Assembly: GCA_015490555.1 (NCBI GenBank)
Contig: WFXO01000029.1
Location: 2,024 to 66,023, forward strand
Direction of reading: 5' to 3'
DNA: 64,000 nt
From: a candidate division WOR-3 bacterium
GTDB lineage: Bacteria > Hydrothermota > Hydrothermia > WGAB01
Shown here one piece after another: positions 17,237 to 27,134 of the stretch (positions are counted from its first letter, which is position 1; every line of letters begins with the position of its first letter). Position numbers and translations under genes: made by a program. The notes beneath the pieces were generated by a model. It made no database searches. It had not been told where the DNA came from and saw only the letters and a program-made list of their open reading frames with translations.

Positions 17237-18633
17237 CCGCCGAGGGTAGGGACCCAGGCACGATCACGATTCCGTAGGAAGGCCTCAATGCCTTTTGCGA
17301 TCCCCTTAGCAATCTTCTCTTGATACCAACCCTGCCGGAGCCGTTTCTCTTCGGAAGGATGCGAAATAAAGCCCATTTCCACCAGAACGGACGGCATATA
17401 GGCCCCCAACAGCACATAGAAGCCGGCCTGTTTGACCCCGCGATTTTTGAGTTTTAAGGCGGTGGCCAAGTGGTCCTGGATGGAGACCGCCAGGCTCTGG
17501 GATTCCTTGAGGAATTGGGCCTGGGCCATGTCGGAGAGGATGAACTTCAAGAGGTCCGTGGTATCGAGTTCAGGACCGAGTTCATACTTCAGGGCCCCGT
17601 TTTCCAGGTTCTGGACCGCGCGTTCCCACTTGGTCCGTGCCGCGGAAAGGAAATAGGTCTCCGCGCCCTGGGCCCGCCGCCGACGTTCGTAGTTACAGTG
17701 GAGACTGATAAACAGGTCCGCGCCTGCACGGTTGGCAATCTCCGCACGTTCCCGTAAAGGGACAAACTTGTCCCGATCCCGAGTCAGAATGACCCGGGCG
17801 TGAAGATCTTTCTCCAAAATCCGTTTCAACCGTTTGGCAACGGCAAGATTGATCGTCTTTTCGCGGGTCCCATAACGTCCAATGGCTCCGGGATCCTTGC
17901 CCCCATGACCCGGATCGATCACAATGACCAACGTGCGATCCTGCGACTTTTCCCACTTCGGCTGAGGACTTTGAGGGGAGGATTTCTTCGAGGCAACGGG
18001 CACCGGTCGGAACGTTACACGGAATCGAGTTTTCTGTCGACGCACCTCAAACTCTACCGGCTGGTCGAAACGAAGGATCATCCGGAACCCTTTGGCAGTA
18101 TGGTAGATCTCCCCTCCCGACAACACACCTTCCGCAGGGATCCGATGCCCACCTTTGTAAAACCCACGGTCAATCTCCACCCGGACGGCCTGGGACTCAA
18201 GGGATTGAACCGTGGGATGGAGGTCGGCGTTGTGCTGGATCTCTACCTGGATGCCCTCCTTGTTTCCAGAAATCTTAACCGATTTGATACTCGGAGGATA
18301 GCGGCTGAGGATATACCTCGACCGTTCGCGATCCCAATAGACACGCTTTCCCGTAACTCGATCCAACACCGTTTCCAGATCTTCCGCGTGGTAATACCGT
18401 TTGCCTTGATGAAGGGCGGACCGAACAACGATGGGTTTCCCTTGAACCTTGACCTGATCCTCTTGAAAGGCCACGGCACCGTTGGGAGTCTGATAAACCT
18501 GGGAACTTGAGGACTTCCAGCCAAAGGCTTGCGCAAGTTTGGGCGGGGCCACATACGGTTGACCCTGGATCTGGATTGACGGGACACGAACGGTATGGAA
18601 AGCCAACAAGACCGTGAGCCACAAGGCTGTCAT
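17233..18633 (-). CDS. N-acetylmuramoyl-L-alanine amidase (Amidase_3, AmiC-like) with N-terminal AMIN-type domain
   Basis: 466 aa. Catalytic domain: LVIVIDPGHGGKDPGAIGRYGTREKTINLAVAKRL...ADLFISLHCN...AETYF. N-terminal ~200 aa is a beta-rich targeting domain. Confidence 0.8.
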   Translation of the reverse strand: MTALWLTVLLAFHTVRVPSIQIQGQPYVAPPKLAQAFGWKSSSSQVYQTPNGAVAFQEDQVKVQGKPIVVRSALHQGKRYYHAEDLETVLDRVTGKRVYWDRERSRYILSRYPPSIKSVKISGNKEGIQVEIQHNADLHPTVQSLESQAVRVEIDRGFYKGGHRIPAEGVLSGGEIYHTAKGFRMILRFDQPVEFEVRRQKTRFRVTFRPVPVASKKSSPQSPQPKWEKSQDRTLVIVIDPGHGGKDPGAIGRYGTREKTINLAVAKRLKRILEKDLHARVILTRDRDKFVPLRERAEIANRAGADLFISLHCNYERRRRAQGAETYFLSAARTKWERAVQNLENGALKYELGPELDTTDLLKFILSDMAQAQFLKESQSLAVSIQDHLATALKLKNRGVKQAGFYVLLGAYMPSVLVEMGFISHPSEEKRLRQGWYQEKIAKGIAKGIEAFLRNRDRAWVPTLGG

Positions 18634-19055
18634 GCCTCAGGCTCCATTTCCATGAATTCCAAAAGGACTTTCTGGGTGTCCTTTGGGTGGGTGAAGATCA
18701 CACGGGGCGAGAAGGCGCCAGGTCGGGGACCATCGACCACACGAATCCCCAACGCCTTCAACTGGTCCAGGGTCTCTTTCATGCTGGGCACCCCCAGGGA
18801 GAGGTGATGTAGCCCGCCTCCACGTTCTTGGAGGAACCGATCGATGGCCGTGCCTTCCCGCGTGGGGGTGATCAATTCCAGAATCAGGTTCGGGAGTCTC
18901 AACAGGGCGATCCGAAGTCCTCGATCGGGCAACTCTTCGTACTCGACCTCCGAGATTCGAAAGAGGGACTGAAAAAGTGACACTGCGGAGTCCAGGTCTG
19001 GAACGACAATGCCCACATGGTGAACCCAGAGCGGATTAGGCTTCTTGGTATTCAC
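18630..19055 (-). CDS. Methylmalonyl-CoA epimerase (VOC/glyoxalase fold)
   Basis: GTG at 19055 is preceded by GGAGG with 6-nt spacing (VNTKKPNPLWVHHVGIVVPDLDSAV...HHLSLGVPSMKETLDQLKALGIRV). Overlaps the 3' end of the mutase gene by 20 nt. The longer track ORF to 19142 is less likely. Confidence 0.7.
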   Translation of the reverse strand: MNTKKPNPLWVHHVGIVVPDLDSAVSLFQSLFRISEVEYEELPDRGLRIALLRLPNLILELITPTREGTAIDRFLQERGGGLHHLSLGVPSMKETLDQLKALGIRVVDGPRPGAFSPRVIFTHPKDTQKVLLEFMEMEPEA

Positions 19056-20625
19056 CGAACACCTCCCTGAAGACATCGGAGATTTCTCCCAGCGTGGCCC
19101 CGGCTTTGAGGGCTTCCAAGATGGGAGGGACCAGATTTGCATCCTTTTGTGCTTGCTCTTTCAGGTCTCGCAAGGCTCGAAGGACCGCATTGGAGTCGCG
19201 GTATCTTTTGTATTGTTGAAGCCGCTGGATCTGCTCCTGTTCGATCCGGGGATCGACCTTCAGGATTTCCTGGACCTGGGGTTCCTGTTCTTCTTCCCGA
19301 AACCGGTTGACTCCGACTACGGTGGTCTCGCCTCGTTCGAACTTCTTCTGTGCCTCATAAGCGCTTTGTGCGATTTGTTCTTGGAAGAAGCCAGACTCTA
19401 CGGCGGCCACTGCCCCTCCACGCCGGTCGATCTCTTCCAGGAGTTCCCAGATCCGTTCCTCCATCTGATTGGTCAGGCTTTCCACAAAATAAGAACCTGC
19501 CAAGGGATCCACGGTATCCGGTACACCGGTTTCATAGGCAAGAATTTGCTGGGTCCGAAGGGCCAATTTAGCCGATGTATCCGCGGGCAAAGCCAAGGCC
19601 TCGTCGTAGGCATTGGTATGAAGGGATTGGGTCCCGCCCAGCACAGCCGCAAGGGCTTGATAGGCCACACGGATCAGGTTGTTTAAGGGTTCAATGGCTG
19701 TCAGGGTGACCCCACCGGTCTGAGTATGGAATCGAAGGCGCCAGGACTTTTCGTTCTGGGCGCCGAAGCGATCCCGCATGATATGGGCCCAGATTCGACG
19801 GGCTGCCCGGAACTTCGCAATCTCTTCAAAGAAGTAACTGTGGGCAGCAAAGAAGAACGAAAGACGGGGTGCAAAGGCATCCACATCGATCCCCCGGCGT
19901 TGGACTTCCTCGACATAGGCAATCCCGTCGGCCAGGGTAAACGCGACCTCTTGGACCGCGGTGGCTCCCGCCTCGCGGTAGTGATAACCAGAGATGGAGA
20001 TCGGATTCCAGCGAGGGAGATGCTGGGCGCAGAACTCGATCAAATCTCCCACCAGGCGCATGGAAGGCTGCACAGGATAGATGTAGTTCCCACGTGCGGC
20101 AAACTCCTTCAGGATGTCGTTTTGGACCGTACCCCGTAAGACCTCCGGTGAAACACCTTGCCGTTCGGCAATCAAGATGTACATTGCCAGCAGGATGGGC
20201 GCTGTGGCGTTGATCGTCATGGAGGTCGAGACCTGATCCAAGTGGATGCCTTCAAAGACCTGGGCCAAGTCTTCCGGGGTCGAGATGGCCACCCCTGTCC
20301 GCCCGACCTCTCCTTCGGCCATGGGGTGATCCGAGTCGTAGCCCAACTGTGTTGGTAAATCAAAAGCCAGGGAAAGCCCGGTTTGTCCTAAGGAAAGGAG
20401 GTATCGGAACCGTTCGTTGGTCTCTTTTGCCGAGCCGAACCCCGCGTATTGGCGCATGGTCCAGAGCCGACGGCGATACATCCCGGGATAGACCCCACGC
20501 GTAAAGGGGAACTGGCCGGGTTGACCGAGTTGTCGGTCAGGATCAAAGCCCGCCAAGTCTTCCGGGCCGTATACCTCTCGAATCGGGATCCCCGATGGGG
20601 TTTTCCGAACCTCTTCCTCGGCCAT
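19036..20625 (-). CDS. Methylmalonyl-CoA mutase catalytic (N-terminal) subunit, lacking the B12-binding domain
   Basis: 529 aa. FTRGVYPGMYRRRLWTMRQYAGFGSAKETNERFRYLLSLGQTGLSLAFDLPTQLGYDSDHPMAEGEVGRTGVAI is a classic MCM (beta/alpha)8 substrate-barrel sequence. The protein ends before any DxHxxG B12-binding domain. Confidence 0.85.
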   Translation of the reverse strand: MAEEEVRKTPSGIPIREVYGPEDLAGFDPDRQLGQPGQFPFTRGVYPGMYRRRLWTMRQYAGFGSAKETNERFRYLLSLGQTGLSLAFDLPTQLGYDSDHPMAEGEVGRTGVAISTPEDLAQVFEGIHLDQVSTSMTINATAPILLAMYILIAERQGVSPEVLRGTVQNDILKEFAARGNYIYPVQPSMRLVGDLIEFCAQHLPRWNPISISGYHYREAGATAVQEVAFTLADGIAYVEEVQRRGIDVDAFAPRLSFFFAAHSYFFEEIAKFRAARRIWAHIMRDRFGAQNEKSWRLRFHTQTGGVTLTAIEPLNNLIRVAYQALAAVLGGTQSLHTNAYDEALALPADTSAKLALRTQQILAYETGVPDTVDPLAGSYFVESLTNQMEERIWELLEEIDRRGGAVAAVESGFFQEQIAQSAYEAQKKFERGETTVVGVNRFREEEQEPQVQEILKVDPRIEQEQIQRLQQYKRYRDSNAVLRALRDLKEQAQKDANLVPPILEALKAGATLGEISDVFREVFGEYQEA

Positions 20626-20659
20626 GGCCTAATTATAACCTGGGTTGCCGAGGAGAAGG

Positions 20660-21847
20660 CTAAAAGACGCGAACCTGATCTTCTAAGATCAAGCGGTACA
20701 ACTGTGGCAGGGCCTCTAAATGCCGCGCCACAATGCGCTGTATTTCGGGCGATAAAACCCTGAGAGACACCTGGGATACCGAGACCCACGTCTGACATAA
20801 CTGTGGCTCGGTAATCGGCTTCCCAATCTCCGACACCAACAGGACATGAGCCTCTTCTACCTCGGGGAGCGAATGGACCAGATCTTCGGCAATCTGCTGC
20901 GCCACCACGTTGTAGAGTTTTCCGACGTGGGAGATCGGGTTCTTGCCTGCGGCGGCTTCCAGGGTCATCGGACGCAGGGGCGTAATGAGGCCGTTGACCC
21001 GATTACCTCGGCCCACCTGGCCGTCGTCCCCGCCCTCTGCCGAAGTACCGGTCACGGTCAGATACACCGAATCTTCCGCATCTGCCGTGTTAATCGCGAC
21101 CGAGATTTCCAGGTCGGTCTGATCCGAAAGAAACGTGCGGACATGATCTAAGAGTTGATGTTTCTTCTCAAAGTAATCCTGGAACGACTGGACATGAGCA
21201 CTGACAAAGGCCACGGCCAGGGTCAGATCCAGGTTCCTGCCCCTTCGGATGGCCATGACCTTAATGTCTTCTCCCACCCAGGGAAATTGTTCTTTTAACG
21301 TGGGACTGTTTAAGTCCTGCTCGATTGACAAGACCAAGCGTTCGGTTTCAGAAAGGGGATAAAAGCCCACCCCATAGGAGGTATCATTGGACAAAGGGAC
21401 AGCATCGCTCCGGAGAAACAGATCCACGAGGTCAGGGCTTCCGGGTCGGACCCAGAGGGAAAACTCGATATGGTGCTCGACGTCCAGGTGTCGAAGGGTC
21501 TGTTTGAGGTATGTTTTTACACTCTCCTGATAAAGGTCTTCAAGGGGGACGACATGGTCATCCACGCGATCTGTGGCTCGGCCCACGAGGTAAAAACGCA
21601 TGGGAATCTCGACGTCTCCTCCGCCGAACCGTGGTGTGGCGTGTCCTCCGACGAGAAGGGCCTTATCGACATTGTGATGGAGGACCCGTCCATAGGTTTC
21701 CAAATAATATCGGGAGAGCGCGCGAGAGAAAGCCTCGACCATCCCATCCGTCAGGGAATCTGGATGCCCGATCCCCTTCCGTTCCACGACTTCTACGTCC
21801 ATGTCCCGGACCCGATACCCCGACCACGGGGCCACCCGAATTTCCAT
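20660..21847 (-). CDS. Archaeal-type S-adenosylmethionine synthetase (MAT, Pfam AdoMet_Synthase family)
   Basis: 395 aa. [73 protein letters not shown] aligns with M. jannaschii MAT ([20 protein letters not shown]...[23 protein letters not shown]). It is unlike bacterial MetK. Confidence 0.8.
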   Translation of the reverse strand: MEIRVAPWSGYRVRDMDVEVVERKGIGHPDSLTDGMVEAFSRALSRYYLETYGRVLHHNVDKALLVGGHATPRFGGGDVEIPMRFYLVGRATDRVDDHVVPLEDLYQESVKTYLKQTLRHLDVEHHIEFSLWVRPGSPDLVDLFLRSDAVPLSNDTSYGVGFYPLSETERLVLSIEQDLNSPTLKEQFPWVGEDIKVMAIRRGRNLDLTLAVAFVSAHVQSFQDYFEKKHQLLDHVRTFLSDQTDLEISVAINTADAEDSVYLTVTGTSAEGGDDGQVGRGNRVNGLITPLRPMTLEAAAGKNPISHVGKLYNVVAQQIAEDLVHSLPEVEEAHVLLVSEIGKPITEPQLCQTWVSVSQVSLRVLSPEIQRIVARHLEALPQLYRLILEDQVRVF

Positions 21848-22948
21848 TTATGTCCTCCTTTTCTTTTGCTTGATGAGTTCTTGAAGCAAAGGAGCATGAA
21901 TCCCCTTGGCTTGTACCAACACCTGATGGGATCGCCCAAAACGATACACCAAAGTCTTCACTGCTAACCGAGCCTTGATTTCCTCTTCCTGGGTTGGGAC
22001 CGATCGTTCCAATTCTTTTAAAACTTCAAGAATCCCGATGTCCATCAAAAAAATCCCCTGATCCTTAAAGTATACAGGTTCAACGCCTTGGGTTTCGCCG
22101 GCTTCGATCAGCAGGTCAAAGTCAATGTGATACGTGATGTCTACATTCCCTGGATTTCCGAAGGGGTGGTCTAAGACGCGATGTTGGTGGTAGACCATCA
22201 GGCTTCCCTGAGGGAAACGGCGAAGCAAGGAGGGACGTCGGTCCCCGTAATCGATGGTGAGAATGACGGCCTGTTTAAGATGTGTAAAGAGATCCAAAGC
22301 AAACTGGTAAGCCTGAGGGGCAACGTCCAAGATCTGGCCTTCGTGGACCCAGGGGCGGTATCGTTTTAAAAACTCTTGAAGTTCTGGGTCCTGTAGGGGA
22401 AAGGCCTGGAATGAAAAGGCCCCTCCTTTCTCTACCACGCGGAGTTCTTGCCAGCCGCTGGAGGTCCATTGCACCCGAAAAAACGGAAACGCATCGAAGA
22501 GTTCGTTGGATACGACAAAAACGGGGGATGGCAGGTCTGAAAAGGTGGTGAACCAGGTGACGGGTTTTCCCTGAAGGACTTCTCGTTGTCTTTGTTTCAA
22601 GGTGGGAGAACGTTCCACCAGGGCATAGGTGATGGGGATTTCTTTTTGTTGGAACCAGGTGAGGATGTCCAGGGCCAGGTAGCCCTCGCCGGGTCCCAAC
22701 TCAAGGATCCTCAGCGGAAGAGGCCATCCCAATTGATTCCAGACCTGGTGGATCCAGCGTGCCAGGGTCCACCCAAAGATCGGATGGAGGGTGGGGCTGG
22801 TATAGAAATCGCCTTCCCGTCCGATATGGGGACCCTTGGAGTAATAGCCGAACTCGGGATGATACAAGGCAATGTCTACAAATTCAGCAAAGGATAAGGA
22901 GCCACCCTCCGCTTGTATTTTCTGTGAGAGCACCTCGCGAATTCCCAT
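21848..22948 (-). CDS. MidA/NDUFAF7-family SAM-dependent methyltransferase (DUF185)
   Basis: 366 aa. SLSFAEFVDIALYHPEFGYYSKGPHIGREGDFYTSPTLHPIFGWTLARW...ILELGPGEGYLALD is the hallmark DUF185/MidA N-terminus plus the SAM-binding GxGxG. Confidence 0.8.
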   Translation of the reverse strand: MGIREVLSQKIQAEGGSLSFAEFVDIALYHPEFGYYSKGPHIGREGDFYTSPTLHPIFGWTLARWIHQVWNQLGWPLPLRILELGPGEGYLALDILTWFQQKEIPITYALVERSPTLKQRQREVLQGKPVTWFTTFSDLPSPVFVVSNELFDAFPFFRVQWTSSGWQELRVVEKGGAFSFQAFPLQDPELQEFLKRYRPWVHEGQILDVAPQAYQFALDLFTHLKQAVILTIDYGDRRPSLLRRFPQGSLMVYHQHRVLDHPFGNPGNVDITYHIDFDLLIEAGETQGVEPVYFKDQGIFLMDIGILEVLKELERSVPTQEEEIKARLAVKTLVYRFGRSHQVLVQAKGIHAPLLQELIKQKKRRT

Positions 22949-23127
22949 GGAGCCTTAATTAAATGGCAACACGATCCTGGCTTCAACAAAAAGGCATCGG
23001 TTTGTGTCGAAATTCTATTCTTTTAGCCAAGGAATATTGATTGAATCCGTCACTCGAAAGGGTTTTCATGGCTTGTTCTTTTCAGTGGACGGGTGTACAA
23101 TCGAATGAACCTTAGGAGGTGATTTTG

Positions 23128-25350
23128 ATGGCGATTTGGTGTCTCATTTTATGGGGTGTATGGGGGATTCATATTCCTGGAAGTCAAGTTTTCACATCCA
23201 AACTTCTGCAGTCGGTAGACTGGAAAAGCCCGTCCTTCAACTGGGTGCCGGTAGGGCCGGAGGGGGGTCATGTGGAGCGGGTTTCTTCCAACACCGCAGA
23301 TCCTTCTCAAAAGATCGCCATTTCTTTTTATCTCTGGACGGATCTCACCGGGACAGGGTGGATGGCTTTCCCCGAACTCGGCCGCGTCTTAGATGGGCAC
23401 TATACCCAACCCCAAAAAGCCGTGGTGGCCTCGGAGAACGCCCTGCTCTATTCCAACGACGGAGGATTTTCCTGGTTTCCGGTCCTGACATACACCATGT
23501 TCCAGGCGATATCAGAGTCACCCGGTAGCACGCTCTACCTGGTTGCGGATCAAACGGTGTACCGGAGTGATGATGGCGGGGCTACGTGGAACACTGTGGC
23601 CCCCTTACTTTACGATGTGCAAGAACTGGACATCGATCCGCAGAATCCCGAGACGGTTTTTGCAGCGGCAACTCTGAGTGGTGCCGTGATCCTCATGCGC
23701 TCAACGGACGGTGGCAGCACCTGGTCATGGGTGATCCCGCCGACCTCTGGTCTCGGCCTCACGGATATCATGGACATCGAGGTCAACCCTTGGGATCCTA
23801 CGGAAGTCATCATCTCGGGCAGTGGGGATGGCCCTGGCATGCTCTATATCTCGCATGACTCCGGCACCACCTGGGATACCCTGATGGGGTCTTTAAGCAG
23901 TGGTCTTTACTTTGCAACGGACGTCGAATATCGGAGTGCAGACACGTTGTTGGTCACCAATCTGATTCCCCGTGGACTGTACCTGGGGGTTCGGAACGGC
24001 ACCGATTGGACATTTTCGCTCCTGGACAGCACCGGGTACCCCATCGATGTGGACCAGGCCAATGACGGTTCTCTGGTCATGGCCACGACGTCCGGGATCT
24101 TACAGTCTCCAGGGATCGGGCAGCCCTTCACCTGGCACAATGATGGACTGAGGAATGTGATGGTTTACTGGGAGGGGCAGATGCCTGCCTGGTCCGGAGA
24201 CCGCTTTGTGGTTCCTTCCTCGTTCCTTGGCGGTGTCCTTTATCGCACCTTGGATGGCGGGCAAACGTGGGAGCGGCTCATCCTCGGATCGATGATCTTC
24301 ATGAGTGCCGTGGAGATCGCCCCAGGGGACAGCAATATCCTTTACCTCAGCGGCATGGGTGCCGACATCAACGGCCCACAACCCACCCTCCACACCCTAT
24401 ACCGATCATCGGATTTCGGCACCACCTGGCAACCCCTGGATTCCCTGGGAATCGATGATACCACCGCGTCCGGAGCAACAGACCTTCATGTCTCCCCTCT
24501 TGACCCTGCGGACCTTTTGGCCCTCAAAGACCAAGGCCTATTCCACTCAACGGACGCGGGATCCACCTGGACGCTTGTGTTGCCGCCGCCGATTTTTCCA
24601 ACGCTCCCTGGGATCAACCAGCATTTGTGGATTTACCAGGGCGGCTCCTTTCTCTTCACACCAGACCACGGGACCTCCTGGGATACCGTGGCCTCATGGC
24701 CTTCGGAGCCCCAGAGCATGGACGTCGATCCCTCCTCCTCGACGCTGTTCTTTGTTGCACCCGATACCGGCTATCCAAACCCACTGAAACTCTTCTCCAT
24801 CGACACAACCGGAACAATTCAGGTCGTTAAGGATCTCTCGGACGCTTTGATCGCCTTTGTGGATGTCGCCCCCGGAGGTGGACTTTATCTGACCCAATTC
24901 ACCATGAGCGCGTCGCTCTTCGGCCGTTCGGCGGACTACGGTCAGACATGGGAGTGGGATACACTGTCGTTCCTGGCATTCTGGATCCGTGGCTCGACTT
25001 CCCAGGTCCTTCTCTCATCGATCGGCTTGGGATTCTGGCGAAGTGAAGACGCTGTGGTCCAGGTGATGGAGCCGGTCGCCGGTGCATCGGCCATCCCGTA
25101 CCTCCAAATTCTGAATCCCCTGACGTCCTCGGTATTGCGTTTATCCTACACTTCGACCTATGAAGGACCGGTTAGGCTCCGTGTCTTTAACGTGGCGGGG
25201 GCGTTGGTCTACGAGACCATGGGGCACAAGGATCAGCCCAGATGGACGTTCAGTCTGGATGCCCGCCCCTTCGTCTCTGGACTTTACATCCTGGAGCTTC
25301 AGGAAGGACAGGGGATTGCTCAGCGTGTCCGATGGATCCGGATCCCTTAA
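23128..25350 (+). CDS. Secreted BNR/Asp-box repeat beta-propeller protein (sortilin/Ycf48-like) with T9SS-type C-terminal sorting domain
   Basis: ATG at 23128 has a perfect AGGAGG SD 8 nt upstream. Signal peptide present. At least 8 S-x-D-x-G-x-T-W Asp-boxes (SDDGGATW, STDGGSTW, SHDSGTTW, TLDGGQTW, SSDFGTTW, STDAGSTW, PDHGTSW, SADYGQTW). The C-terminal ~80 aa (LRVFNVAGALVYE...FVSGLYILELQ) resemble the T9SS (Por secretion) CTD. Confidence 0.7.
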   Translation: MAIWCLILWGVWGIHIPGSQVFTSKLLQSVDWKSPSFNWVPVGPEGGHVERVSSNTADPSQKIAISFYLWTDLTGTGWMAFPELGRVLDGHYTQPQKAVVASENALLYSNDGGFSWFPVLTYTMFQAISESPGSTLYLVADQTVYRSDDGGATWNTVAPLLYDVQELDIDPQNPETVFAAATLSGAVILMRSTDGGSTWSWVIPPTSGLGLTDIMDIEVNPWDPTEVIISGSGDGPGMLYISHDSGTTWDTLMGSLSSGLYFATDVEYRSADTLLVTNLIPRGLYLGVRNGTDWTFSLLDSTGYPIDVDQANDGSLVMATTSGILQSPGIGQPFTWHNDGLRNVMVYWEGQMPAWSGDRFVVPSSFLGGVLYRTLDGGQTWERLILGSMIFMSAVEIAPGDSNILYLSGMGADINGPQPTLHTLYRSSDFGTTWQPLDSLGIDDTTASGATDLHVSPLDPADLLALKDQGLFHSTDAGSTWTLVLPPPIFPTLPGINQHLWIYQGGSFLFTPDHGTSWDTVASWPSEPQSMDVDPSSSTLFFVAPDTGYPNPLKLFSIDTTGTIQVVKDLSDALIAFVDVAPGGGLYLTQFTMSASLFGRSADYGQTWEWDTLSFLAFWIRGSTSQVLLSSIGLGFWRSEDAVVQVMEPVAGASAIPYLQILNPLTSSVLRLSYTSTYEGPVRLRVFNVAGALVYETMGHKDQPRWTFSLDARPFVSGLYILELQEGQGIAQRVRWIRIP

Positions 25351-27134
25351 GATTTGTGCTCCCGGGTCAGCAACGCAAGGAAGGCCTCCTGCGGTAACTC
25401 GACTTTTCCAATCTTCTTCAAGCGCTTTTTGCCCTCTTTTTGTCGTTCCAGGAGTTTTCGCTTGCGGGTGACATCCCCTCCATAGCACTTGGCCGTTACA
25501 TCCTTCCGAATCGGAGGGATCCGTGACTTGGCGATGACTTTCTTGCCGATCGCGGCCTGAATGACCACCTCAAACAGTTGCCGCGGAATTAACTTCTGCA
25601 GTCGATCCACCACCCACCGCCCTAATCGGTATGCCTGGTCTTTGTGAACCACAAACGCCAAGGAATCCACCCGTTCCCGTGCTACCAAAATGTCTACACG
25701 GACCAAATCGGATTCCCGAAATTCCAAGAACTCATAGTCCATTGACGCATACCCACGGGACACGGTCTTGAGTTTGTCATAGAAGTCGAAAATCACCTCT
25801 TGAAGGGGCAATTCATACTCGAAGAGCACGGTGTTCGGATCCAAATAATGGAATGTGCGCTGAACCCCTCGTCGGGATTGACAGAGTTCCACAATCGGAC
25901 CGATGTACTCCGCGGGTGTGATGATTTGAACCAGGACAAAAGGTTCGAAAGCCTTCTCATAGTGGGTCGGAAAGTCTTTCGGGCTATCTACAATCTTCGT
26001 GGTGCCATCCTCCAGGACCACCTTATACTCGACATTGGGCGTCGTCATGATCACTTCCAGGCCGAATTCTCTTCGCAGGCGTTCCCGTGTGATTTCCATA
26101 TGAAGAAGTCCCAAAAAGCCGACCCGGAAGCCCGCACCCAGGGCCGGGGAATGTTCTCCGACATACGTTAACGCCGCATCGTTCAGTTTTAACTTATCCA
26201 GGGCTTTTTGAAGAAGGGGGTATTCGGAGGGAACCACCGGATAGACCCCGGAGAAGACCATCGGCTTGGGCTCTCGGTAGCCAGGAAGGGCAGGAGTTTC
26301 CGGGGCTTGCGCGGAGACAATGGTGTCCCCAACCGCTGCGTCCCGGATTTCTTTGACCTGGGCTGCTAAATAGCCGACTTCCCCGGCTTGAAGGACCTCC
26401 ACAGGGACGCGATGGGGACGAAAGACCCCTACCTCGACCACCTCGAACACCTTCCCCGAAGACTTAAACAAAATCCGATCCCCGGGCCGAACCGATCCAT
26501 CAAACACCCGAATAAAGGGGATAGCCCCTCGATATTCATCATACACCGCGTCAAAAATTAACGCTTTGAAGGGCTGTTTGGGATCTCCCTTCGGGGGTGG
26601 AACCTTTTCGATGATGGCCTCCAGCAGTTCCTGGACACCCCACCCCTCTTTAGCGGAGATCTCGAAGATCTCTTCTTCTCCGAGTAAATCCAGGATCTGC
26701 TGCCGAACACGATCCACATCCGCATTCGGAAGATCAATCTTGTTAATGACCGGGATAATGGTCAAGTCCTGTTCCAGGGCTAAATAGAGATTTGCGATTG
26801 TCTGGGCTTCCACCCCCTGGGTGGCATCCACCAACAGGATGGCTCCTTCACAGGCCGCCAGCGATCGGGAAACTTCATAGGTGAAGTCGACATGACCGGG
26901 GGTATCAATGAGATTGAGGATATAGTCTTCCCCCTGATACCGATAATGCATGCGGACCGGGTGCATTTTGATGGTGATTCCGCGTTCTCGTTCTAAGTCC
27001 ATCGAATCCAGGACCTGTTCGGCCATATCTTCAGGCCGAAGGGTCCCGGTCAACTCCAGGAACCGATCTGCGAGGGTGGATTTGCCGTGGTCGATGTGTG
27101 CGATAATGCTGAAATTTCGGATCTTCACGGCCAA
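25347..27134 (-). CDS. lepA: Elongation factor 4 (LepA)
   Basis: 595 aa. MAVKIRNFSIIAHIDHGKSTLADRFLELTG... has a GTPase G1-G4 plus the LepA-specific C-terminus. Confidence 0.9.
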   Translation of the reverse strand: MAVKIRNFSIIAHIDHGKSTLADRFLELTGTLRPEDMAEQVLDSMDLERERGITIKMHPVRMHYRYQGEDYILNLIDTPGHVDFTYEVSRSLAACEGAILLVDATQGVEAQTIANLYLALEQDLTIIPVINKIDLPNADVDRVRQQILDLLGEEEIFEISAKEGWGVQELLEAIIEKVPPPKGDPKQPFKALIFDAVYDEYRGAIPFIRVFDGSVRPGDRILFKSSGKVFEVVEVGVFRPHRVPVEVLQAGEVGYLAAQVKEIRDAAVGDTIVSAQAPETPALPGYREPKPMVFSGVYPVVPSEYPLLQKALDKLKLNDAALTYVGEHSPALGAGFRVGFLGLLHMEITRERLRREFGLEVIMTTPNVEYKVVLEDGTTKIVDSPKDFPTHYEKAFEPFVLVQIITPAEYIGPIVELCQSRRGVQRTFHYLDPNTVLFEYELPLQEVIFDFYDKLKTVSRGYASMDYEFLEFRESDLVRVDILVARERVDSLAFVVHKDQAYRLGRWVVDRLQKLIPRQLFEVVIQAAIGKKVIAKSRIPPIRKDVTAKCYGGDVTRKRKLLERQKEGKKRLKKIGKVELPQEAFLALLTREHKS

